From contig MCFE01000421.1 of assembly GCA_002104905.1 (NCBI GenBank), positions 14,144 to 78,143 of the forward strand: 64,000 nt of DNA, read 5' to 3'. The notes beneath the pieces were generated by a model. That model was not told where the DNA came from, did no database searches, and worked only from the letters and a program-made list of their open reading frames with translations. Below are positions 1 through 12,090 of the stretch, one piece after another. The stretch is from Basidiobolus meristosporus CBS 931.73. Taxonomy: Eukaryota > Fungi > Basidiobolomycota. The stretch's first letter is position 1. Each line of letters begins with the position of its first letter. The position numbers were made by a program, and so were the translations under genes.

Positions 1-231
1 GAGGCCCAGTATATATGGTTATTGGAATCTTTTAATCTTAGCTCCTTAAGTACTGCTTCAAATGAGCTGTAATTGAAACATGTGTTGGCTTCTGAGTGTT
101 TTGCATGACATGATCTTCTTGGGTGGATTGTTGGTCAGGGTCTTGGGCTTTTGTCCTTCAAAGTTGTAGTTTCTTGATCTTTCATTTGTGTGTTACAATA
201 GTAAAAGCAAAATAAAGAAATGAGTGCAATA

Positions 232-354
232 TGTGGTAAAAATTTGTAATTCCACCTAAATATTCACCTAACTTAGTCACTTAGATCATTACCTTCAAAT
301 CCTAGAGAATACTGACCAAATTCCTTGTTGGGATTTACTGAGAATATTTTCACC
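232..354 (+). mobile_element. 5' fragment of copia-family LTR, fused to an inverted internal fragment
   Basis: TGTGGTAAAAATTTGTAATTCCACC... matches the first ~120 bp of the 348-350 bp LTR and breaks off at ...TTTTCACC. Confidence 0.85.
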
Positions 355-1240
355 TCTTTTACAGTCTGGGGTTCATCAATATGGACTGAATAGGCATAGG
401 CTTAGTTTGTATCCTCATTGATATAGTAATTTGGGCTATTTCTTGTCCAATTTGCTCTCTGGGCGTTTGATACTGGAATGATCACTTCTGGGATATTCCT
501 GGGCACTGATTCTGGCTGAACCACGGTTGTAGAGTCCTCTGGAGTGAAAAAATATTCATTGTTTTGCTCTGATTCATTCCTGACAATTGGTGGACTTGAG
601 ATCAAATTTTGTCATCATTTGATGTCATTTTTTGTGAAAATTTTGAATTTTCAACAAACAACACATGCCTGGACTTGATCAGCTTCTTTGCTTTGTTATT
701 GTAGAGTCTGTATGCCTTACTCTCATTGCAGTAGCCCAAAAATATGCATTTTAGACTTTTTGGCTGAAATTTTGACTGATTTCCAGCCAGTTTTTTGGCA
801 TATGCTGTACACCCAAATATTCTTAGATGCTCTGCACTTGGTCTGTATCCATACCATGCTTCAAATGGAGCAGAATCACAAAGTATTCTGTTATAACTCC
901 TATCTTTAAGGTATACAGCAGTGGCAACTGATTCCACCCAAAAATCATAGGATAATTTTTGATCATGGATCATAGATCTTGCCATATCAATTATTGATCT
1001 GTTAGCTCGTTCTGCTACTCCATTTTGCTGTGGGGAGTATGGTACAGTAGTCTCTTGCTTAATCCCATGAATTTTGCAGAAATGGATGAAGAACTTTGAG
1101 GTATATTCTCCACCATTATCAGAGTGTATTTTCTTGATTTTTTCACCAGTTTCTCTCTCCACCATGGCTTTAAACTCCCTGAACTTAGACAGAGCTTCTT
1201 CCTTTCTCTCCATGAAGTAGACCCATGTGTATCTTGTATA

Positions 1241-4200
1241 TGTTGTAAAAATTTGTATTTCCACCTAAACATTCACCTAACTTAGTCACTTAGATCATTA
1301 CCTTCAAATCCTAGAAAATACTGACCAAATTCCTTGTCGGGATTTACTTAGAATATTTCACCAAAATGCCAGGTACCCAGAACATGAAAGTTCTCAAAGT
1401 TGTCCAAACAGCTCCAAACTTTGCACACATGTTCTTGGGACCTTCCTTAGCCTATTCTACTTGTTTGTAATGCCAAGACCAGGTAAAAGTATAAATACTA
1501 CTTTTACATTCAATAAATCATTAAGTGGAAACCACATAATCTACTTGTTCTCCCAATCACTTCCAATATCTCCAAGACTCTGACAACAGGTTATGAGCCC
1601 CAAGCTGTCACTCTCTGCAATGTCTACTACTGCTATTACTGGAACTTTTCCCTCTGCTGAAAAGTTGGATGGATCTAACTACCAAGTGTGGAAGGTGAAG
1701 ATGAAGATGCTGCTACAAGAAAGAGGCCTTTGGGATATTGTCAGGGGAGAAGAATGCCCTCCTAAAAACGTGGGAGAGGAAGCCTTGAAGTACCAGAAGA
1801 AAGAACAAAGTGCCTTTAACTGCATTTGCCTTAATGTTAAAGACAAACTGCTAATTCAATGCTCAAGAGCAAAAACGGCAAAGAATGCCTGGAAGGCATT
1901 AGAAGACACCTACCAGTCATGTTCAGCTGCCAAGAAAATGTATCTGAGAAGAAAATTCTTTACTACAAAGATGCTGCCAGGAGAAGAAATGAAAAATCTA
2001 ATTAAAAGAATTACCCTGCTGGTAGATGAGATGGAATCTGTGGGTGTACCAACTACTGATGAGGATGTGATAGTTACCATCCTGAATAGCCTGACAGACA
2101 AGTTTCAGGGCCTTGTATCTGCCCTAGAGTCCAGAACTGAAGATTTGACCTTAAATTGCGTATATGGAAGGCTCCTGGATGAAGAATTGAGAAAATCAAG
2201 CGCCAATAAGAAGGAAGAAGAAAATGCTTTAATAAGCAATGATAACCAACAAAGGAGGTACCCAAGACCCTACAAAGGCAACAGCAACCTATTTTGCAAC
2301 TACTGCAAAAGGAAAGGACACACATCAGACCGGTGTTTCAAAAAGAGTGATTATCAGCAAAAGAAGCCTGAATATGGAAATGCTGCAACTACTGAAGATA
2401 GACTATTCATATCTGCACTAAATATGACCACAAACAAGGATTCTCAGATGTGGTATATTGACTCTGAAGCTTCTCAACACTTTACACACCAAAAAGAACT
2501 TTTTACCCAATATCAAGAAATTCTAATTAAGAAGGTTTTCATGGGTGACAATAGAACACTTGATGCAGTGGGAGAAGGAACTATCCAAGTAAACCTTAGA
2601 AGCAGTGAAGGAAGCCATACACTGACCTTTAAAGAAGTACTCTATGTACCAGAAATAGCCAACAACCTACTCTCTGTAAGCAAGGCCACAGCTGAAGGAC
2701 TCAGTTTCAGTTTTGACAATTCTGGATGCAGGATCACTGATCAAAATGGAGGCCATATTGCTTCGGGCATCAGGGATCAGAATCTATACAAGTTGACTTA
2801 TATTCCATCATATCTGGAAGCCAATATAAGTAACTTAAATGAAGAAACACCAATGCTTTGGCACAGGAGATTTGGACACATCAATTTTGATTATTTGCGT
2901 AAAATGATCAAAGATCAGCTAATTTCTGGAGTGAAAATTGATCCCCCAGCTATTTTGGAGCACTGTGAAGCCTGCATATATGGGAAACAAGCCAGACAAC
3001 TGTTCAAGAGCTCTGAGTTAATCAAAACTAAGAAAAAATTAGATCTAATTCACTCAGATCTGTGTGGACCTATGCAAAATTTATCCTTAGGCGGCATGAA
3101 GTATTTAATCACTTTTATTGATGATTATACAAGATACACATGGGTCTACTTCATGGAGAGAAAGGAAGAAGCTCTGTCTAAGTTCAGGGAGTTTAAAGCC
3201 ATGGTGGAGAGAGAAACTGGTGAAAAAATCAAGAAAATACGCTCTGACAATGGTGGAGAATATACCTCCAAACTCTTCATCCACTTCTGCAAAATTCATG
3301 GGATAAAGCAAGAGACTACTGTACCATACTCCCCACAGCAAAATGGAGTAGCAGAACGAGCTAACAGATCAATAATTGATATGGCAAGATCTATGATCCA
3401 TGATCAAAAATTATCCTATGATTTTTGGGTGGAATCAGTTGCCACTGCTGTATACCTTAAAGATAGGAGTTATAACAGAATACTTTGTGATTCTACTCCA
3501 TTTGAAGCATGGTATGGATACAGACCAAGTGCAGAGCATCTAAGAATATTTGGGTGTACAGCATATGCCAAAAAACTGGCCGGAAATCAGTCAAAATTTG
3601 AGCCAAAAAGTGTAAAATGCATATTTTTGGGCTACTGCAATGAGAGTAAGGCATACAGACTCTACAATAACAAAGCAAAGAAGCTGATCAAGTCCAGGGA
3701 TGTGTTGTTTGATGAAAATTCAAAATTTTCACAAAAAATGACATCAGATGATGACAAAAATTTGATCTCAAGTCCACCAATTGTCAGGATTGAATCAGAG
3801 CAAAACAATGAATATTTTTTCACTCCAGAGGACTCTACAACCGTGGTTCAGCCAGAATCAGTGCCCAGGAATATCCCAGAAGTGATCATTCCAGTATCAA
3901 ATGTCCGGAGATCCAATCGGACAAGAAACAGCCCAAATTACTATATCAATGAGGGTACAAACTTAGCCTATGCCTATTCAGTCCATATTGATGAACCCCA
4001 GACTGTAAAAGAGGCCCTAAATAGCCCTCAGACAAAGTTTTGGAGATCTGCAATGGCTGAGGAATATCAGGCCCTGATGGAAAATCAAACTTGGGACTTA
4101 GTCAAATTACCAATCAACTGAAAATCAATTGGATGCAGATGGGTCTTCAAGACAAAATACAAGGCTGATGGTACAATTGAAAGATACAAAGCAAGACTTG

Positions 4201-5923
4201 TAGCCAAAGAATACTCTCAGACAAAAGGACTTGACTATACTGAGACCTTTGCACCGGTAGCCAAGTTTAATTCCATCAGATTAATATTGGCTATTGCAGC
4301 CAAATATAAGTTTTTTATTCATCAAATGGATTTAAAAACTGCATTTTTGAATGGAGAACTTGATGAGGACGTGTATATGGACCAGCCTGATGGGTTTGTT
4401 GACCAAGATAACCCCCATTTGGTCTGCTAGCTTAAAAAGTCACTATATGGTCTCAAACAATCACCGAGAGCCTGGAATTGCTAGATAGATTCTTATTTGG
4501 AATCTTTGAGTTTCAAAAGGAGTAATGCTGACTATAGTATATACTATAAGCCAGATAGAGCAAATCCAGTTCTATTAGCTCTATATGTGGATGATCTTAT
4601 TATAGCCGCCAATAACCTAGAAACATTGGAAGAGACTAAATCCAACCTATCTAAGGAGTTCAAGATGTCCAATCTAGGAGAACTCAGTTACTACTTAGGG
4701 ATTAAGTTCTCCATAGACAGAAGTACCCAGACTATCACCCTAAGTCAGTCCAAGTATATTCAAGATATACTAAAGAAGTACAAAATGGAAGACTGTAAAC
4801 CGGCAGCTACCCCAATGGAGACAAACCTTAACTTGGTCAAAACTCAACCAAATCAAGAGAGCTTGGTGCCATCTGAAAGCCCTGACTTTCCTTATCAATC
4901 TATGGTCGGCATTCTGATGTATATCATGCTTGGAACACGTACAGATATCTCATATTCAGTGGGAGTTGTCAGCCAACATAATCAGAACTATGGATCTGAT
5001 CATATTGCAGCAGTTAAGCGGATTTTTAGATACCTAAAAGAAACTGGTGATATTTGCTTAAGATACACTTATAAGGACTCAGAACAAGATCTTGTGGGAT
5101 ACTCTGATGCAGATTGGGGACAAAATTTGGAAGACAGAAGATCCACCACAGGATACACCTTTCTTTACTGTAAAGGAGCAATTTCATGGAATTCAAGAAA
5201 GCAACCAACCGTAGCACTTTCTACTACAGAGGCAGAGTATATGGCAGCCTGTGAAGCTACAAAAGAAGCAATTTGGCTAAGAAAGCTCTTTACAGATTTA
5301 GGCCTATGTCAAAAAATGCCTATTACTTTATTTCAAGATAACCAAGGATGTATACAATTAGGTAGAAATCCAACTTTTCATGCTAGAACCAAGCACATAG
5401 ATATTAGACATCATTTCATACGTGAAGCTATAGAGAATAACTTAGTTAGCTTAGTTTACTGTCCTACAGATGAAATGATTGCAGACATATTTACCAAACC
5501 ATTAGCTAGAGACAAGTTTGAATATCTTAGGTCAAAATTAGGACTAGTCAGTATGAACATTTAGCTGAGTGGGAGTGTTGTAAAAGTTCATATTTCCACC
5601 TAAACATTCACCTAACTTAGTCACTTAGATCATTACCTTCAAATCCTAGAAAATACTGACCAAATTCCTTGTCGGGATTTACTTAGAATATTTCACCAAA
5701 ATACCAGGTACCCAGAACATGAAAATTCTCAAAGTTGTCCAAACAGCCCCAAACTTTGCACACATGTTCTTGGGACCTTCCTTAACCTATTCTACGTGTT
5801 TGTAATGCCAAGACCAGGTAAAAGTATAAATACTACTTTTACATTCAATAAATCATTAAGTGAAAACCACATAATCTACCTGTTCTCCCAATCACTTCCA
5901 ATATCTCCAAGACTCTTACAACA
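1241..5923 (+). mobile_element. Full-length Ty1/copia LTR retrotransposon, inactivated by nonsense mutations
   Basis: LTRs 1241-1588 and 5576-5923 (TG...CA, 348 bp, ~11 differences); TSD GTATA at 1236-1240 and 5924-5928; PBS GGTTATGAGCCC 1589-1600; PPT GAGTGGGAG before the 3' LTR. Confidence 0.97.
1593..5564 (+). pseudogene. Disrupted gag-pol polyprotein (gag, CCHC knuckle, protease, integrase, RT, RNase H)
   Basis: In-frame stops at 4119 (TGA), 4428 and 4482 (TAG). Motifs include CNYCKRKGHTSDRC, HRRFGH..CEAC, HSDLCGP, RSDNGGE, YVDDL and YSDADW. The protease motif is DSEA here versus DSGA in the intact copy. Confidence 0.95.
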
Positions 5924-7809
5924 GTATAATCATCAATAAAAGTGATTAAAAACTTCATCCCACCTAAGGATAAATTTTGCATAGGTCCACACAGATCTGA
6001 GTGAGTTAGGTCTAATTTTTTCTTAGTTTTGAATAACCCAGAGCTCTTGAACAGCTGTCTGGGTTGTTTCCCATATATGCAGGCTTCACAGTGCTTCAAA
6101 TTAGCTGGGGGATCAATTTTCACTCCAGAAATTAGCTGATCTTTGATCATCTTACACAAATAATCAAAATTGATATGCCCAAATCTCCTGTGCCAAAGCA
6201 TTGGTGTTTCTTCACTTAAGTTACTTATATTGGCTTCCAGATATGATGAAATATAAGTCAACTTGTACAGATTCTGATCTCCAATGCCTGAAGCAATATG
6301 GCCTCCATTTTGATCAGTGATCCTGCATCCAGAATTGTCAAAACTGAAACTGAGTCCTTCTGCTGTGGCCTTGCTTACAGAGAGTAGGTTCTTGGCTATT
6401 TCTGGTACATAGAGTACTTCTTTAAAGGTCAGTGTATGGCTTCCTTCACTGCTTCTAAGGTTTACTTGGATAGTTCCTTCTCCCACTGCATCAAGTGTTC
6501 TATTGTCACCCATGAAAACCTTCTTAATTGGATTTTCTTGATATTGGGTAAAAAGTTCTTTTTGGTGTGTAAAGTGTTGAGAAACTCCAGAGTCAATATA
6601 CCACGTCTGAGAATCCTTGTTTGTGGTCATATTTAGTGCAGATATGAATAGTCTATCTTCAGTTGTTGCAGCATTTCCATATTCAGGCTTCTTTTGCTGA
6701 TATTTTTTTTGAGACACCAGTCTGATGTGTGTCCTTTCCTTTTGCAGTAGTTGCCAAACAGGTTGCTGTTGCCTTTATAGGGTCTTGGGTACCTCCTTTG
6801 TTAGTTATTATTGCTTATTAAAGCATTTTCTTCTTCCTTCTTATTTGTGCTTGATTTTCTCAATTCTTCATATAGGAGCCTTCCATATACGTGATTTAAG
6901 GTCAAATCTTCAGTTCTGGACTCTAGTGCTGATACAAGGCCCTGAAACCTGTCTGTCAGGCTATTCAGGATGGTTACTATCACATCCTCATCAGTAGTTG
7001 GTACACCCACAGATTCCATCTCATCTACCAGCAGGGTAATTCTGTTAATTAGATTTTTCCTTTCTTCTCATGGCAGCATCTTTGTAGTAAAGAATTTTTG
7101 TCTCAGATACATTTTCTTAACAGCTGAACATGACTGGTAGATGTCATCAAATGGCTTCCAGACATTCCTTGCTGTTTTTGCCCTTGAGCATTGAATTAGC
7201 AGTTTGTCTTTAACATTAAGGCAAATGCAGTTAAAGGCACTTTGTTCTTTCTTCTGGTACTTCAAGGCTTCCTCTCCCATATTTTTAGGAGGGCATTCTT
7301 CTCCCATGACAATATCCCAAAGGCCTCTTTCTTGTAGCAGCATCTTCATCTTCACCTTCCACACTTGGTAGGTAGATCCATCCAATTTTTTGGCAGAGGG
7401 AAAAATTCCAGTAATAGCAGAAGTAGACATTGCAGAGAGTGACACCTTGGGGCTCATAACCTGTTGTAAGAGTTTTGGAGATATTGGAAGTGATTGGGAG
7501 AACAAGTAGATTATGTGGTTTTCACTTAATGATTTATTGAATGTAAAAGTGGTATTTATACTTTTACCTGGTCTTGGCATTACAAACATGTAGAATAGGT
7601 TAAGAAAGGTCCCAAGAACATGTGTGCAAAGCTTGGGGCTGTTTGGACAACTTGAGAATTCTCATGTTCCAGGTACCTGGTATTTTGGTGAAAATATTAA
7701 GTAAATCCCAACAAGGAATTTGGTCAGTATTCTCCAGGATTTGAGGGTAATGATCTAAGTGACTAATTTAGGTGAATATTTAGGTGGAATCACAAATTTT
7801 TACAACATA

Positions 7810-8603
7810 TACACCAATAGATCTTTTCTCATCAGCCAAGATAGTTATTTTGTTATATAATTTTTCATTTCCTCTCCTTGGAGCATATTGGTAGTAGGGA
7901 ATATTATCTAAGAGACATTCTCTTAGTAACTGAGCATAACTGGTTGGTGTCTTCTGGTTCCTTCTAGGCATTATCTGCCATCTTTGCTCTAGAGCATAGA
8001 GTTAGCCTTTTGTCTTAAACATCAAGGCAAATGCAGTTAAAGGCATATTGTTCTTTCTTCTAGTACTTTAGAGCTCCTTCTCCCATATCATTGGGAGGGC
8101 ATTCTTCTCTCATAATAGTATCTCAGAGTCCTCTTTCCTGTAGCAGCATCTTCATCTTCACCTTCCAGACTTGGTAGCTGGATCCATCTAGCTTCTCAGT
8201 AGAGGGAAATTCCAGTAATTGCAGTAGTAGAAGTTTGGGAGAGTGACAGCTTGGAGCATATAACATGTTGTAAGAGCTTTGGATATATTGGAAGTGATTG
8301 GAGGAACAAGTAGAATAAATGGTTTTTGCTCAATGACGTGCTGGATTAAAGTGGTATTTATACTTTTGCATGGTCTTGGTGGAGCTAACACAGAATATAT
8401 GCTTAGGAAGGTCCCAAGAACATGTGTGCAAAGTTTGAAGCTGCTAAGACAACATTAAGAAATTTTATGTTCTGGGAACATGATGTAATGGTGAACATAT
8501 TTTAAATAAGTCCCAACAAGGAATTTAGTCAGGTTTCTCCAAAACTTGTAGGTAAACTACCAAGGTAGGTGAGTATTTGAGTGTAATTACATGATTTACA
8601 ACA
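7810..8603 (-). mobile_element. Diverged copia relative: LTR (8266-8603) plus degenerate gag start
   Basis: TGTTGTAAGAG...TTTACAACA boundaries and a gag-like YQVWKVKMKMLLQER remnant at ~8140-8180. Confidence 0.85.
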
Positions 8604-9966
8604 CCCACTTAGGGGCAAGTTGAATACTTAGTTTTGTTATTACCAAAGCTACAGGTTAGCATATTAGAAATAAAGTTTGGATGTCAGGCTACATACATAT
8701 ACATATATATACCTTGCAGGCTATTTAGTAAACTGAGAAATGTAGAATTTTTGCTTAAGATTTGGTTTATATGATACTAGCAAAGTCTTGGAATAAATCA
8801 AGGCTTGGAAGTAGTCAGTATCCTTAGAGCCCATCCAAAAGCCCCTGTAATTACACACCATGGAGTCATCACATTTCCCACACTCAGCAATCCAGATACT
8901 CTAATCACTTATAATCCTCCCTAGAACCATGCAGCAAATGGATCATTGGAACAGTGGTATGCCCTAACAGAATGTAGATTTTCAAACCCATCTGTGCAAT
9001 CCCTACCTGTACACATAACTTCTTGACACCTTCTTTAGGTCAACCTTGGCATTACTTTTCTGAAGCTCCATAAGAAGTATATCAACCAGCCACTGAATAT
9101 CATGCATATCTCAAGTCCACAACGCCTTTTTCAACACTTCCTAAATATTTCTTCACCAACAATGCTATGTGGTAGATATCAAATTGCAAGAGAGGATGTG
9201 CACATGGTTAACATCTCACCAACAACCACTGGTCCACATCAAATTGCGACCGCACCGTTCTCAACGGAGGTGACTTATGACCAGGGGTGAACAAACGTTG
9301 GTCGGTCATACGAAAATGGCACATAGTCGAGGAGCAGAATCCGGATTATAGACCCGGGAGGATTCCGATCTTGGATAGGATGGGAATGTTGCATGAAACA
9401 TGACTTCCCATCGGCCTGAACCAAAAGAGCACCATTCACAGCGGTCCAGAAACCCACCAGGCTTCTCGGAACACACACAAACATACGGCCATCCTGCAGC
9501 CGCAGCATCAACACACTCGCCCAGCCTCTGGAGCGAAACTGCCGCTCAACTCGCTTGCAATTGACACTATCTACCAGTCACACTATTGTATAAACCTGGG
9601 TGCGACACCGAACGTGCGCCTGGATCGCCGTGACCAATATATGTATCATGAGGAGCAATCTATTTAGTAACACCACTTTACGAGTAGGTATGGGAGAGGG
9701 TCGACAGTGATCCAACTTGAGAATAAACGGTGACCTCCCTTCCCTTCCCTTCCTAAACAGGCGAAGTTGACATATGGCGAATGTAACGAAGCTAGTAGCG
9801 GAAAGGGTCCACTTCGCGCTCTTCACGAGAAAAACATGTGTATTTCAAGCAGTACCTTCGGCAAACTGAGGGCTCAGGAGAACAGGGGTGTTGAAACAGG
9901 GGGAAAGGTTCACGGACGTATGTTCTATCTTGATGAGGGTGGGGGACATCGGGAAGGGCGGGCAGA

Positions 9967-10519
9967 CTAGAAGAGTATTTCGGTGTCAGGGATTCCAGTT
10001 TCCATGGGGATTTCCTCCATGGGAATGGGCTCGGGGGAAACCTTTTCGGGAAGTAGGCCGTCCCCTTCCAGCTCCACGGTGCTTTTGAGGTGGTCCTTTG
10101 AGGAAAAGGTAAGAGTTAGTTCAAAGGGTTCGAGCGTTCCGTCAGTCCCATAAACGGTAAGATTTACCAAGATGGAGTACAGTTGATCGCAAACCGAGTC
10201 GAAATACTCCCAGTCGTGACCTAACTTGGATAACTCTTCATCGAACGGTTTCGAGACGTCCCGCTCTAATCTGGGAGGGGCAAAGTTTACTCATATCAGT
10301 AACCGCTTTCTAGACACAAGGAAGATCGAGGAGCTGGGCGTACTTGTCTTTGTTCTGAGCCGCGGAATGCAGAATGTTTCCACTGGTGATCAACATATTC
10401 TAAAGTAAGGGATCTTTAGCGGGGTTACCGTCGCCTTTAATACAAATAAACATCCTACATACGTGAAAAGTCTGCCGTAAGGCAGCGATCTCAGAGGTGA
10501 GGATCTTGGGGTCCGACAT
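9967..10519 (-). CDS. Small 114-aa protein, possible Mediator Med29/Med2-like subunit; exons 10519-10463, 10399-10344, 10270-10168, 10095-9967
   Basis: Four exons with GT-AG introns splice in frame (345 nt): MSDPKILTSEIAALRQTFHNMLITSG...EYFDSVCDQLYSILDHLK...ILF*. The segment resembles the Med29 EEFYALCDQLELCL motif. An upstream exon is possible (acceptor TTTGTAG just before the ATG). Confidence 0.6.
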
Positions 10520-11011
10520 GGTAGCTACAAACGGAAGAAGAAAAGTGGTTTCCAGCCAGACGCGGTCCACTAATCCATGGAGCAGAAAATCAATCCCCCT
10601 CCGATCAAGCCTCCCGCAATATGAAGAGTCGGGCCGCCAGGATTTGATTGGCCCATTGGAGAGAATGATCCATTCTCATGTGGTGGTTGAACTTGGTTTC
10701 GGTGAGAGGATTATGCTATGCGCACCGAAGTCCCCTCTGGTGTGACTAAGAAGGCCTGTTGGAGGGTTGGCAAAATGTTCATGCACTCTTGGGACACGGC
10801 TGCCATTTGGAGATGTGCTCCGTACAAATATACACATCAGAAGGACTGAATTTACAATCATCCCACTATTCCATAACAATTGATTCGAGAATGGCCCTTG
10901 GGATCGTGACATATTTGAAAGTCATCGATTGTGATGACAATGGAGGAAGTTAAAATTTTTGATATCACCTTTCTTCGTCAACCCGAAGCTATCCCATTGG
11001 TATACCAAAGC

Positions 11012-11894
11012 ATGTATCTCGCCTCAAGTCTAAGATTGCCGGCACTTTCCCTCAGAAGACAGCTTCTGGCAAACCTCAGACCTCTGGGTAATCCGGTCTT
11101 CAGTCTCCCCGTCAGACAGTTTGTGAGTTTTTGCTTTTGGGACTAACAAGCCCGCCATTGTGACTAAAGAGAATCGTTTTCCTTAGGGAACCGCCGGTTC
11201 CTCGCTCCGCGCCCCTACCCAGCCGTGGAAGGGTGCGAGGCTTTCCCAGCCGTTCGGTGCTCGTAACTTCATGAGCAGCGCCCCCAGAACCGCTGCCAGC
11301 CCTAACCCTACCAGCTCGGCCTACCGCAACGCCCAGCGCATTAAAAACCAGGATTACCTGATGTACACCACCTCCGTTCTCATAGTGGTCCTGGGGCTCT
11401 CGTATGCCGCGGTCCCCTTGTACCGCATGTTCTGCGCAGCCACCGGGTACGGCGGAACCCCCAACACCAACCACACCTTCGACGCCGAGAATCTGGTTCC
11501 GGTCACCAACTCGCGCCGCCTTAAAATCACCTTCTCCAGCAATGTGTCGGACATGCTGGAATGGACCTTCAAGCCCCAACAGCGCGAGGTGAACGTCCTG
11601 CCCGGCGAGACCGCACTTGCGTTCTACACGGCCAAAAACAAGGCGGACCGTGACATCATCGGTATCTCCACGTACAACGTCACCCCCATGAAGGCGGGCC
11701 AATACTTCAACAAGATCCAGTGCTTCTGCTTCGAGGAACAAAAGCTCGCCGCCGGCGAAGAGGTGGACATGCCGGTGTTCTTCTTCATCGACCCCGAGTT
11801 CGCCGAGGACCCGTGGATGGAGGACGTGGATACCATCACCTTGTCTTATACTTTCTTCAACGCCAGACCCAACCCCGCCGCCCAAGCCAACTAA
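11012..11894 (+). CDS. COX11: Cytochrome c oxidase copper chaperone Cox11/CtaG; join(11012..11122,11187..11894), 272 aa
   Basis: YAAVPLYRMFC, QCFCFEEQ copper motif and DMPVFFFIDP; Arg/Leu/Ser-rich mitochondrial presequence; intron GTGAGT...GACTAAC...TAG splices in frame. Confidence 0.96.
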
Positions 11895-12066
11895 ACCCCC
11901 GCCACCCAGGACCTGACGGGGCACGTTTCTCCTTTTTCAAGGGCTTGAAATGTCCAGCTTTCCACAACCAAAATGATGTATAGAAATACAAATCATCCTC
12001 TCCAATCTCACTCCAGAAATAAAGCCATACCCATCGCTATATCCAGCCTAGCACATCCATATCTGC

Positions 12067-12090
12067 GCCCACGCCCACGCCCACGCCCAC
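12067..12090 (+). repeat. (GCCCAC)4 microsatellite
   Basis: Read directly from the sequence. Confidence 0.85.

Larger units (their letters stand above)
353..7807 (-). mobile_element. Older degenerate Ty1/copia copy (5' LTR 7462-7807; gag/PR/IN remnants 5929-7461 and 353-1240), 3'-truncated and split by a younger copy
   Basis: Minus-strand ORF pieces 7068..7589, 6801..7019, 5845..6717 and 602..1264 match the polyprotein of the intact copy. The sequence reads continuously across the 1241-5923 insertion once one GTATA is removed. Confidence 0.93.

Noticed and set aside
9250-9960. Possible spliced plus-strand gene (intron-like GTATGG...AAACAG at ~9688-9760)
   Set aside because: I could not build a convincing open spliced product or recognise a domain.
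11112-11924. 270-aa antisense ORF over COX11
   Set aside because: Shadow ORF caused by the GC-rich third positions of COX11; no recognisable motifs.
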